This document shows positions 41,687 through 50,163 of a DNA stretch of 64,000 nucleotides, piece after piece. How positions within the stretch are numbered: position 1 is the stretch's first letter; every line of letters begins with the position of its first letter. The DNA is from Candidatus Roizmanbacteria bacterium (GTDB taxonomy: Bacteria > Patescibacteriota > Microgenomatia > UBA1406 > GWC2-37-13). The translations under genes and the position numbers were made by a program. The notes beneath the pieces were generated by a model that saw only the letters and a program-made list of their open reading frames with translations, was not told the origin of the DNA and searched no databases. The stretch is taken from the NCBI GenBank assembly GCA_013335175.1, contig JAAXWC010000004.1:40999-104998 (forward strand). The letters run 5' to 3'.

Positions 41687-42302
41687 TTTGGGAACTCGCC
41701 TCGGGCGTTTTATCAGAAATTTCTGGTATCTGATTGTACTTGCAGGTTTAGTCCTACTAATCGTCGTAATACTTATCATAAACGCTGTTTCAGGCGCGAA
41801 TGAGCAACAAGCGCAGGAACAGGCACAGCATGGAGCAACATTGACAGCCGGTTTGGCGCGAATTCAAACAAATCAAGCCTCGGTCTCGCTCCGTCCCACA
41901 AACGAACTAACTCCAACAACGGCACTACAAACCGTTGCAGGGGAATCTGCTGTTCCTAGTACGCCTACACTCGTCCCAACCATCGCACCAACCACGCAAG
42001 TCGTCAGTTCTCACTCTGACCCCGTCCTCATTGCCCTTTCTCGAATAGGTTTTTCATCACGCGAAGAGTTTATTCGCTATTTTCAGATGGATGTTCAGCC
42101 ATTCGAAATCGCAACCTGTCCAGAAGAGGATAACTGTGTGCGAGTCCTGAGAGAAAAGGATTCAGCAAACAGAATTCTCCCTTTCCACATGACAAACCCC
42201 ACCTCAGTCACATTTGACGGATGGCGTACCGGATCACAACCAAAAGTTCCACCCGGATCTTGGGAAGTCGAAGGTGTCACAATTCGGAACTTTGGGAAAT
42301 AA
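41655..42302 (+). CDS. Membrane-anchored Thr/Pro-rich protein with one Cys-pair domain (paralog of 39927)
   Basis: GFSS.E.F..YF.M.V.P..I..CPEEDNCVRV...PFHMTNPT..FDG...GVTIR. Confidence 0.8.
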   Translation: MAVLIPPARPSLGTRLGRFIRNFWYLIVLAGLVLLIVVILIINAVSGANEQQAQEQAQHGATLTAGLARIQTNQASVSLRPTNELTPTTALQTVAGESAVPSTPTLVPTIAPTTQVVSSHSDPVLIALSRIGFSSREEFIRYFQMDVQPFEIATCPEEDNCVRVLREKDSANRILPFHMTNPTSVTFDGWRTGSQPKVPPGSWEVEGVTIRNFGK

Positions 42303-42411
42303 GTTTTTCCTAAACCGCGCAAGTGGTGTCCAAGCTGTTACTCAGAGGTAACCCTCTATAAAAAAGTGACTTCTTGACACCCTTCATTTTGTTTGTAATG
42401 AGATGCCACTA

Positions 42412-42679
42412 TAACAACGATTCCCGGCAAACCGGAATAACTCTACTCCCGTCATCCCCCTGAACAGATGGCTCAAGGAGTAAGTTCTTCACTGGATTCC
42501 TGTCGTCGCCTCCTGCGAGATCCCGCCAACGGCGGTGACGCTCTTAGGAATGACGAAAAAATGGGTGTCTGAGCTTAGGGCTCCCACACACCGCGTCAAA
42601 CGCGGCTTCGCGCGCAGAACTGGCGCTATGCCAGTCGAGCATGGGTGGGAAAAAGCGAATGACAGGCCTCCATTTTTTG
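42412..42679. repeat. Palindromic cluster including a bulged hairpin (42556-42679)
   Basis: gggtgtctgagcttagggctccc...gggaaaaagcgaatgacaggcc shared with 53073-53177. Confidence 0.85.
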
Positions 42680-42718
42680 AACCTGCTATTCAGTGATATT
42701 GTGAACAGAGTGAAGACT

Positions 42719-43522
42719 ATGAAAACATTAACGCTCATTATTCCCGTCTACAACGAAGGAGAACGTATCACGAATACGTTGCAAACTCTGGAAAAAGGGT
42801 TCTCGTTTCGTGGGCTCAAGCTCACCAAACTTATCTTTTTTAATGACGGTTCTACCGACAGTACTCTTTCGCTTCTGTACTCTTTTCGGAAAAAATTAGA
42901 AAAAATATTGAGGATTCCTATACAGATCGTGAGTTCACCCGATAATAGAGGTAGGGGCTTTGCAGTAATCCATAGCGCATTTCTCGCTGATACCGAATAC
43001 GTGCTGTATACCGACGCAGATTTTTCAATCCCGCTCTCAAATTTGTACACCTGCCTTCCGTCTGTACGCAACAACGTAGATCTTATTTTTGGCAGTAAAA
43101 AAATGCCGGGCGCAAAAGAATGTATCCCTCGCACATTGTTGCGAAAAATAGTAGGGTATGGTCATTCTTTGGTTGCTTCTGTGGTGTTTGGTATGTTCAT
43201 TTGGGACTTCCAAGGAGGGTTTAAACTGTTTTCGCGAAAATTCATTCAGGAACTCTTTCCCCTGTTGAAAATCGATCGATGGGGGTTCGACATGGAAGTA
43301 ATCTTTCTGGCGAAAAAATATAAGTTTTCTCATCAAGAGATTCCCGTTACCTGGAGCCATGTCGAAAACGGAAGCAAAGTAAAACTGCTCCGCGATAGCC
43401 TTCGGAGCCTTCAGGAAATGGCACGGATAACGTATGGTTGGCATACAGGAATGTACGCTCTCGACTCTTCTCATAAAAATCGCGCTTCTACATTAGTATC
43501 TCTTCTCAAACTCTATGAATAA
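42719..43522 (+). CDS. GT2 glycosyltransferase (dolichyl-phosphate glucosyltransferase-like)
   Basis: IIPVYNE, NDGSTD, NRGRG, DAD, DFQGGFKLF, WGFDME. Confidence 0.92.
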   Translation: MKTLTLIIPVYNEGERITNTLQTLEKGFSFRGLKLTKLIFFNDGSTDSTLSLLYSFRKKLEKILRIPIQIVSSPDNRGRGFAVIHSAFLADTEYVLYTDADFSIPLSNLYTCLPSVRNNVDLIFGSKKMPGAKECIPRTLLRKIVGYGHSLVASVVFGMFIWDFQGGFKLFSRKFIQELFPLLKIDRWGFDMEVIFLAKKYKFSHQEIPVTWSHVENGSKVKLLRDSLRSLQEMARITYGWHTGMYALDSSHKNRASTLVSLLKLYE

Positions 43523-44720
43523 ACTTATCTATATTTCACCCTTTCCCCCTTCGCATTCTTACTCTCATAAAAATAGTGCTCTTGCATCGTTTTCATTTCA
43601 TCTGCTTTCGAATATCCAACACAAAAAGATTACGGTTCTTGCAGATGCAGGAGAACACCCAGAAGTCTCCGATCAGTTTTCACCCGATATTACCCTAGAT
43701 CGCTGCTGGAAACGCAACCATCCGTTTGTATTTATCCAGCTTCTTTTACGCATTCGTACCGAAAAAAGTTCTCAGGTTTTGGTTCAGTATGAGTGGAATG
43801 TGTTTGGATCTGGGTTGTGGTATCTTATCCAGTTTCCTGTGTTTCTCTGGGCACTTAAATGTATGAAAAAACGGGTAACGGTTGTTCTCCATGGAGTTCT
43901 TCTTAATTTTGCGCCACTCTCCCCGACTTTTATAGGGCTCTACTTATTAAATGGAATGGCTCAACTATTTTATAAAGCTGTATCGTATCAGTCAGATCGG
44001 GTAATTGTCCTCGAGGAAAAACTCAAGTCCGACCTTGTTCGTATCGGAATTCCTTCGAAAAAGGTGGGTTGGATCCCCCATGGGGTAGACACAGAGCTTC
44101 GTTCGATCGAAAAACAGTATGCACGAGAACTTTTAAACATACCGCGTGACTGCTTTTTGTTTGTCTATTTTGGATTTATTGCAGATTACAAAGCCCCAGA
44201 TATCCTTCTTAATCAATTTAGAACTCTTATTGATCAGGAAGAAATTTACCTCTATTTTGTAGGTGGCAAACGATTTCATAAAAAACACGACCTCTATTAC
44301 GAACGATTCATGAATCAGCTTGCCACCTGCACCGATCGTATCCACTTCACTGGCTATGTTTCCAAAGAACAGATTGAACTCTATCTTTCTGCCTGCGATG
44401 TAATGGTTTTTCCCCATCGCACCCTCCTTTCTTCTTCGGGCCCGCTCTCACTGGCTTATACCTTTGAAAAACCAATTCTGCTGTCGAATCAGCTAAAAGG
44501 GTATTTGGAGAGCCCCGACTTTCAAAAAGCACTACTTCATACTAAACTCAACGAGGAGTATTTGTTCTACGACTTTACGAAAAATCATTTAAAAGAAAAA
44601 ATCTATGAGGTATACCAAAATATGCAAAAACTACAGGACTTTTCCCTAGCTATGAAGCAGGCGCGAGCCTGGCCCCGTGTGGCGAAAATGTATGAGAAAA
44701 CACTGAGACCTGGTGAGTGA
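43515..44720 (+). CDS. GT4 (GT-B) glycosyltransferase
   Basis: IPHG, FGFIADYK, FTGYV, SSSGPLSLA. Confidence 0.88.
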   Translation: MNKLIYISPFPPSHSYSHKNSALASFSFHLLSNIQHKKITVLADAGEHPEVSDQFSPDITLDRCWKRNHPFVFIQLLLRIRTEKSSQVLVQYEWNVFGSGLWYLIQFPVFLWALKCMKKRVTVVLHGVLLNFAPLSPTFIGLYLLNGMAQLFYKAVSYQSDRVIVLEEKLKSDLVRIGIPSKKVGWIPHGVDTELRSIEKQYARELLNIPRDCFLFVYFGFIADYKAPDILLNQFRTLIDQEEIYLYFVGGKRFHKKHDLYYERFMNQLATCTDRIHFTGYVSKEQIELYLSACDVMVFPHRTLLSSSGPLSLAYTFEKPILLSNQLKGYLESPDFQKALLHTKLNEEYLFYDFTKNHLKEKIYEVYQNMQKLQDFSLAMKQARAWPRVAKMYEKTLRPGE

Positions 44721-44723
44721 TAA

Positions 44724-45021
44724 CGTCATCCCCGACCTGCCTGCCCATCGAAGCCCTGGCGAAGTTGGGATCGGGGATCTATGTATTGTTTTATTGAATA
44801 GATTCCGGCATGTACGCCATGGTGGCGACAGCCATGCGGCATCGCAGGGTATGCCAGGGACCCGGACGTCACCCCTGCGAACGCAGGGGTCCAGAGGATC
44901 GATTACTACTGGAGTGATCGGTAATGCTGAAAAAGCAAGATACGATGTAATTAGTCCACTGGATTCCCCTGTTCAGGGGAATGACGAACATTGGTCATTC
45001 CGGCTTGCCCGGAATCGTTGT
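44724..45021. repeat. Palindromic element cluster
   Basis: Several gtca(t/c)(t/c)cc..gg(a/g)atgac units; modules recur inverted at ~45975-46048 and ~48713-48742. Confidence 0.85.
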
Positions 45022-45089
45022 TAATGGAATTTGTTGGTTCAGTGACTTCGGCCCTAATTTGCAATGATAAAAATATATTTTCGTTCACA

Positions 45090-45416
45090 TTATTTATACA
45101 CCTTCTTTTTTTTATTATAGGAAGTTTTCTTTGTACCATATGCACTCTTTTTCTGTTCATCTTTCACTCTGTCGGCAATATATATTTTCATGAGTGATTG
45201 GTACGGAACATTCATCTTCCGCGCTTCAGATTTTATATCTTCCAATAAAGAAACGGGTAATCGAATACTAATTGTCTCCGTACTGAGTTTAAGGTTGGGA
45301 AATTCCATATGTACTGGCTTCCGTACATCGAAATACTCTGTAGTATTATGAGTTGCCCAAAACTCCCGTTCCTCACCTTCATTTTTGAACTTTGGTATTA
45401 CGTTTTTATTTTTCAT
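45090..45416 (-). CDS. BrnA/CopG-like antitoxin, orphan
   Basis: IPKFKNE.EEREFW.TH, ISIRLP..LL..IK..A....PYQSLMK; no toxin gene upstream. Confidence 0.85.
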   Translation of the reverse strand: MKNKNVIPKFKNEGEEREFWATHNTTEYFDVRKPVHMEFPNLKLSTETISIRLPVSLLEDIKSEARKMNVPYQSLMKIYIADRVKDEQKKSAYGTKKTSYNKKKKVYK

Positions 45417-45511
45417 TTGTATATTATGGCAATATACAAAGTTACGATTGTCAAGAGCCACGTAAGTAATTATTCAGAAGTTTCCAAAGGCAGGCCATAG
45501 TTGTATTTTCT

Positions 45512-46068
45512 GTCATCCCCGACCTCTCTCCCGTCATCCCCGACCTCTCTCCCGTCATCCCCGCGAAGGCGGGGATCCAGTGGATCAATACTCTCTCCTT
45601 CAAAAAGAATGGCGGCCTGTCGCTCGTCTTTCCCACGCACTTGACTTCGAGCATCACACCATCGTCAAAAGTGCGTGAGACCCCTGACTCGTGCCACCCA
45701 TTCTTTTTTTTGGTTTGTTTGTCACTCCCGCTTGCCGGGAGTCGTTGTTACAGGTTAACATTGTCATTCTGGACTGAGGAGCCTGCCCCGAATTACGGGG
45801 CTCAAGGTTGTTATTCCGGCTCTCTCGTCATTCCCTCGAAGGAGGGAATCCATGGGAGGAGTCTGATGCAAGGGTCGGGATGGATCCCCGCCTACGCGAG
45901 GATGACGATGCAACGTCATTCCGGACAGCGAATGGAGTGAGCGTGATCCGGAATCTATACAATTCAACAATACATGGATCCCGGGTCCCTGGCATGCCCT
46001 GCGATGCCGCATGGCTGTCGCCGCCATGGCGTGCAAGCCCGGGATGACGTACATTAGTGAGGGATGAC
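45512..46068. repeat. Palindromic cluster with 21-bp tandem unit and inverted bulged hairpin (45601-45708)
   Basis: gtcatccccgacctctctccc twice; reverse complement of 35729-35882. Confidence 0.88.
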
Positions 46069-46162
46069 GGCGAAACTCGAGACCAATAACGATTTTGTTC
46101 TCTTCTAAATAATTACAATTATTACTCTCGTATTTAGTAATACTTTATGTATAATTACTACT

Positions 46163-46423
46163 ATGCAAACAAGTTCATATACTCGAACCATTACCGTAAA
46201 GGGCCAGGTAACTATCCCCTTGGTTATTCGTCAAAAGTTAAAGATTAAACCTCAGGATAAAGTTGTATTTATTATCAATAAAGATACTGTTGAATTACAA
46301 CCTCCGAAACACACCCTCGATTCCCTGTTTACCCAGGCAAAACAGAGAAAAAGCAATAAGAAATATTCTGATAAAGAAATGATCGAGATAGCAAAACAGG
46401 AATTCATTTCTCAAAAAAAATAG
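46163..46423 (+). CDS. AbrB/MazE/SpoVT family antitoxin
   Basis: TITVKGQVTIP..IR..L.I...D.V.F; palindrome tattact-N9-agtaata in the promoter. Confidence 0.9.
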   Translation: MQTSSYTRTITVKGQVTIPLVIRQKLKIKPQDKVVFIINKDTVELQPPKHTLDSLFTQAKQRKSNKKYSDKEMIEIAKQEFISQKK

Positions 46424-46429
46424 CATCGT

Positions 46430-46840
46430 ATGTATTACCTTGATACCAATATATTTGTTCGAGCTCTCACGGGTGATGACGAAAAAAAGATGAAGCATTG
46501 TCAAGATTTGTTTCAAAAAATAGCTCAAAAAAAAGTAATAGCCACAACTTCAGAAACCGTTATCGCCGAGGTGGTGTATGTACTTTCCTCGAAAGTATTA
46601 AACTATGGATTCTCACGCAAAGAGATACGTGACCAGCTTGAAACACTGCTCATGCTGAACGGTTTCCGTTTTTCTCAAAAAGAAATGGTTATTCAAGCGT
46701 TGTATCTTTATGCAGAAAAAAACATTGATTTTTCCGATGCACTTCTTGCTCAGTATGCAATAAATTCTGAAGCAAACGGCGTGTACTCCTATAATACAGA
46801 CTTTGATAAAATACCTTCAGTAAAACGCAAAGTGCCATAA
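46430..46840 (+). CDS. vapC: VapC/PIN-domain toxin (last acidic catalytic position appears to be Asn)
   Basis: LDTNIFVR, VIAEV, DFSDA, YSYNTDF where S.D..F is expected. Confidence 0.85.
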   Translation: MYYLDTNIFVRALTGDDEKKMKHCQDLFQKIAQKKVIATTSETVIAEVVYVLSSKVLNYGFSRKEIRDQLETLLMLNGFRFSQKEMVIQALYLYAEKNIDFSDALLAQYAINSEANGVYSYNTDFDKIPSVKRKVP

Positions 46841-46928
46841 AAGAATCCCCGTTGTAGCATATAGTCCGTTGACTCCCCCACACTACAATCAAAAACAACG
46901 TCATCCTCGCGTGCTATAATAGATATAA

Positions 46929-47325
46929 ATGAAAAAAGAAACAGAGGCTTGGTTAAATGTAGCAAAAGAAGATTATGCGGATATGCAGGTTATGATGCAG
47001 GCAAAACGATATCGAGGCGCTGTCTTTTTTGCACAACAGGCAGTTGAAAAAATCCTCAAAGGATATATCGCAGAATATACAAACACTGTACCCAAAAAAA
47101 CACATTTTATTGAAATTCTAATAAAAGATGCTAAATTAGAATTAGCAGAAATTGATAATCCAAATGTCGCAATACTTAGTAGTGCATATGCATGGGTCCG
47201 GTATTCAGATTTAAGCAATGAACATTTCAAAACAAAAAAAAATAACAAAAAAAAATATTGAACCATTATTAGTTCTTGCAGAACAACTCTACGAATGGGT
47301 ACAGAAAAAATTCAAAGCTCAATAA
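46929..47325 (+). pseudogene. HEPN-domain protein frameshifted by a 13-bp tandem duplication
   Basis: W...A.ED, QQAVEK.LKG, KTH, RY.D; aacaaaaaaaaat duplicated at 47231-47256; removing one copy restores IEPLLVLAEQLYEWVQKKFKAQ*. Confidence 0.85.
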
Positions 47326-47615
47326 AGATTTTTGTACAACGAGTACAAAAGAAATATAAGCCAAAAAAAGTGATCTTATTTGGTTCCTATGCTCGTGGTG
47401 AAGCAAATAGTTATAGTGATATCGATATTCTAGTAGTTGCCGATACATTCAAAGGAACTGAGCCATTTCAGCGAGTGTGTGATTTACACGATTTAGGAAA
47501 AGACCTTCAGCCAGACATTAATGCCTTCGGGTACACATCTACAGAATTAAAAGCAAATTCCTATAAGACAACTCTCCGTGATGCTCTTGCAACAGGAATT
47601 GAACTTACTGCATAA
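47295..47615 (+). CDS. Minimal nucleotidyltransferase (MNT) partner of HEPN
   Basis: ILFGSYARG...SDIDILVV. Confidence 0.9.
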   Translation: MGTEKIQSSIKIFVQRVQKKYKPKKVILFGSYARGEANSYSDIDILVVADTFKGTEPFQRVCDLHDLGKDLQPDINAFGYTSTELKANSYKTTLRDALATGIELTA

Positions 47616-47621
47616 AAAAAC

Positions 47622-47777
47622 CCGTCATTCTCGAGCAAACGAACCCGGGCAAAGAGAAAACGCAACGTCAATCCTCCCCCACGATACAATACAAACCTAC
47701 GTCATCCTCCTGGACAGGAGGATCCAAGGGGTAATAAACATCCACACCATGGATCCCCGCCTTCGCGGGGATGACGG
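47622..47777 (+). repeat. ~155-bp palindromic block, direct repeat of 48376-48528
   Basis: ccgtcattctcgagcaaacgaacccgggcaaagagaaaacgcaacgtc...ggatccccgccttcgcggggatgacgg at both sites. Confidence 0.9.
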
Positions 47778-47832
47778 AAAATACAACTATGGCCTGCCTT
47801 TGGAAACTTCTGAATAATTACAATTGTAGCCA

Positions 47833-47861
47833 TTGACATTCTACATACATTCTACTACAAT
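47833..47861 (+). promoter_or_regulatory. sigma70 promoter of the BrnT-fragment/antitoxin module
   Basis: TTGACA-N17-TACAAT. Confidence 0.75.
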
Positions 47862-47867
47862 GTGTTT

Positions 47868-48038
47868 GTGAAGAAAATTAGCTGGAACGAAGAGAAAAAT
47901 GATCTGTTACGAAAAACGAGAAATGTATATTTTGAGTTGATAGAAGAAGCAATTATAAATGGAAACGTGCTTGATGTTGTTCAAATAAAAAAAACCGTTA
48001 ATAATTCCATTATGTACTATGAAAAAACAAACACATAA
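47868..48038 (+). pseudogene. Truncated BrnT-like toxin (56 aa, C-terminal half missing)
   Basis: MKKISWNEEKNDLLRKTRNVYFELIEEAI..G.VLD then runs into the antitoxin start; below the ORF-track cutoff. Confidence 0.7.
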
Positions 48039-48327
48039 CTATCAATTAGATCCCGAAGAGAAGCAACTAGTTGCTGATATAGAAAGCGGCAACTATCGGT
48101 CTATTCCCTATCTGGAAGAAGAAAAGAAACGCTATCAGTCGTATGCGCGATCTTCACAAGAACTACGAGCCGAAAATAGGAAAGATAAAAATATAAATAT
48201 ACGTATTTCTTCGGGTGATATTGAAAAAATTCAAGAGCGAGCTATCCAGAATGGCCTCCCCTACCACACCCTTATTTCCACGGTTCTGCACCAGTTCGCA
48301 AATGGGAAAATTGAAGTAAAGCTGTAA
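48019..48327 (+). CDS. CopG/BrnA-like antitoxin
   Basis: LD.EEK, KNINIRIS..D...I...A...GLPY.TLI..VLH. Confidence 0.85.
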   Translation: MKKQTHNYQLDPEEKQLVADIESGNYRSIPYLEEEKKRYQSYARSSQELRAENRKDKNINIRISSGDIEKIQERAIQNGLPYHTLISTVLHQFANGKIEVKL

Positions 48328-48375
48328 ATATCCTTCCTTTGTAGCACATATTTATTCAGCAATAAATCAAAAGCA

Positions 48376-48808
48376 CCGTCATTCTCGAGCAAACGAACCC
48401 GGGCAAAGAGAAAACGCAACGTCGTCTCGCGGAACTCCAATACAAGCCAACGTCATCCTCCTGTCCAGGAGGATCCAAGGGGTAATAAACATCCACACCA
48501 TGGATCCCCGCCTTCGCGGGGATGACGGGAGAGGTCGTGGCGATGACGGGAGAGGTCGGGGATGACGGGAGAGAGGTCGGGGATGACGAGCACGAACGTC
48601 ATTCCCGCGCACGCGGGAATCCAGCGGATCAATTACCTCTGAAGAAATCAGTAAAGCTGAAGAAAACATTCTTTTTATCTCGCTGTACTCCATAATCACA
48701 AAGTTGTCGATACTCTGGACCCCTGCGTTCGCAGGGGTGACGTTGCATTGTCATTCCGGCTTGCCCGGAATCTGCATTTCCCGGGCGGACGCGCATGTCC
48801 GCCCCTAC
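48376..48808. repeat. Palindromic cluster ending in a GTAG-type REP
   Basis: Direct repeat of 47622-47777; gggagaggtcggggatgac tandems; cgggcggacgcgcatgtccgcccctac. Confidence 0.88.
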
Positions 48809-49108
48809 TTGAAATTTTAATCCTTTTATGCTATACTATGGGCCTTACATTAAAGGGAGAAAACTAGCTTTTCTTCTCCACGATGTACGCATTTACGGTG
48901 CCAAACGAAATCGCTTTCTACAAGCTAGAAAATCCGATTTCCCAAGCACTTTTACAACTGGGTTCAGATTTTAATAAACATAAACCAGTACTCATAAAAG
49001 AAATGGGTTGTGGGGATGAATCCTTTCCTCCCTAGAATCCATTTTCTTTTATTTGAGGAAAATTTTTTGTTTTTTATAACAGCGCGAAAGCGCAGAGGAG
49101 GTTTGGCC

Positions 49109-49381
49109 ATGAGCCAAGAACAAAACAATAATGATGTCTTTGTCCCTGCGGAGGAAATTAATTTTCGAGCGAGGAACAGAAGACGAAAGGAAGAAACTAA
49201 GTTTTTAATGACAGGTTTTTTTTCCTTGATCGCGATAGCTATCATCATACTGCTTGAAATATTAGTGACCCGCGTAGGATCTCTTATTACCTGGCGGATT
49301 GAAGAAACGCTAATCGTATTTCTTTTTATCATTTTAGGACTAGTGGTCGACACAGGCCGCTATGTAGGTTTTTGGAGGTAA
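49109..49381 (+). CDS. Small two-TM membrane protein
   Basis: AGGAGG SD before ATG 49109; two hydrophobic segments. Confidence 0.7.
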   Translation: MSQEQNNNDVFVPAEEINFRARNRRRKEETKFLMTGFFSLIAIAIIILLEILVTRVGSLITWRIEETLIVFLFIILGLVVDTGRYVGFWR

Positions 49382-49387
49382 AATACA

Positions 49388-49948
49388 ATGAAAAAATTTA
49401 TTTTTTCATTATTAGTGCTTTCCCTTATTTTAGGTCTCTCTGCTTGCACAGCAGAAGACCCCGGTTTAACCCCTGGCGTTCCAACCGGTACCCCTGGGTC
49501 ATATCCCACGGAATATCCTTTAAATGGACCTACGGTAACCCCGTCAGGTACATTTACCCCCGCCCCGGTAACAACCCCCGCAGCCCCTGGTCAACTTCAG
49601 GCAAACAACTGCACCTCAGAACCGCAGTTCAAAAAACCGGACGGCTTAATTGTGGGATCACATTACGTGGCCCAAATCGGTGCCAATGGTTGTTATACAA
49701 TCTTTGAAGGCCGCATATTTGAAGCTGGACAAAGTGGTCCCGCTGATAGACATGACCTTTATTTGGTTGACGGAGCTAAGGATAACTTTGCATACTGGGA
49801 GGGGTCTCTTTGGACCTTTTCTAAAAGCACTGATCCAAAATCGGTAGCAGGCCTATTATGGGACGGTAAAAAAACTAACTGGATAAAACAAGGAATTAAT
49901 CCACTGCCTTTAAAGCTTTGGAACTTCCCTGTAGGATTCAGTTTGTAA
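49388..49948 (+). CDS. Lipoprotein of unknown function
   Basis: MKK, hydrophobic core, LSAC lipobox; Pro/Thr linker; GGAGGT SD. Confidence 0.8.
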   Translation: MKKFIFSLLVLSLILGLSACTAEDPGLTPGVPTGTPGSYPTEYPLNGPTVTPSGTFTPAPVTTPAAPGQLQANNCTSEPQFKKPDGLIVGSHYVAQIGANGCYTIFEGRIFEAGQSGPADRHDLYLVDGAKDNFAYWEGSLWTFSKSTDPKSVAGLLWDGKKTNWIKQGINPLPLKLWNFPVGFSL

Positions 49949-50025
49949 CCCTAGCCTAACCCCTTCCATCCTCGCTTTCGCTCACATCTGAGCCCAGGAA
50001 ACAAAAAGTGACAATGACGTCACTT

Positions 50026-50108
50026 GGACAAGACTCATTTATAGAGTCAATTACAAACAGCGATGTTTGTTACTGCAACGATGCAGTTTTGACTTTAGAG
50101 TCTTGTCC
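50026..50108 (+). other. Y-shaped structured element upstream of GT4
   Basis: 11-bp closing stem, inner stem, two hairpins with GCGA and ACGA tetraloops. Confidence 0.5.
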
Positions 50109-50163
50109 TTTCCCCTATCGCGACAAACACCTGTTTATCGTGAGAGGTGAAAGGATACGCACT

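Noticed and set aside
39927..42302. Diversity-generating retroelement VR/TR pair
   Set aside because: Similarity is protein-level paralogy, not adenine-specific mismatches; no reverse transcriptase in the window
44713..46054. ORFs of 68-106 aa within palindrome clusters (also 35726, 47578, 48379, 58138)
   Set aside because: GC-rich repeat-derived open frames with the same peptide fragments recurring wherever the repeat occurs
44724..48808. Classical integron
   Set aside because: No intI gene, and I could not identify canonical attC RYYYAAC/GTTRRRY boundaries; reported only as integron-like
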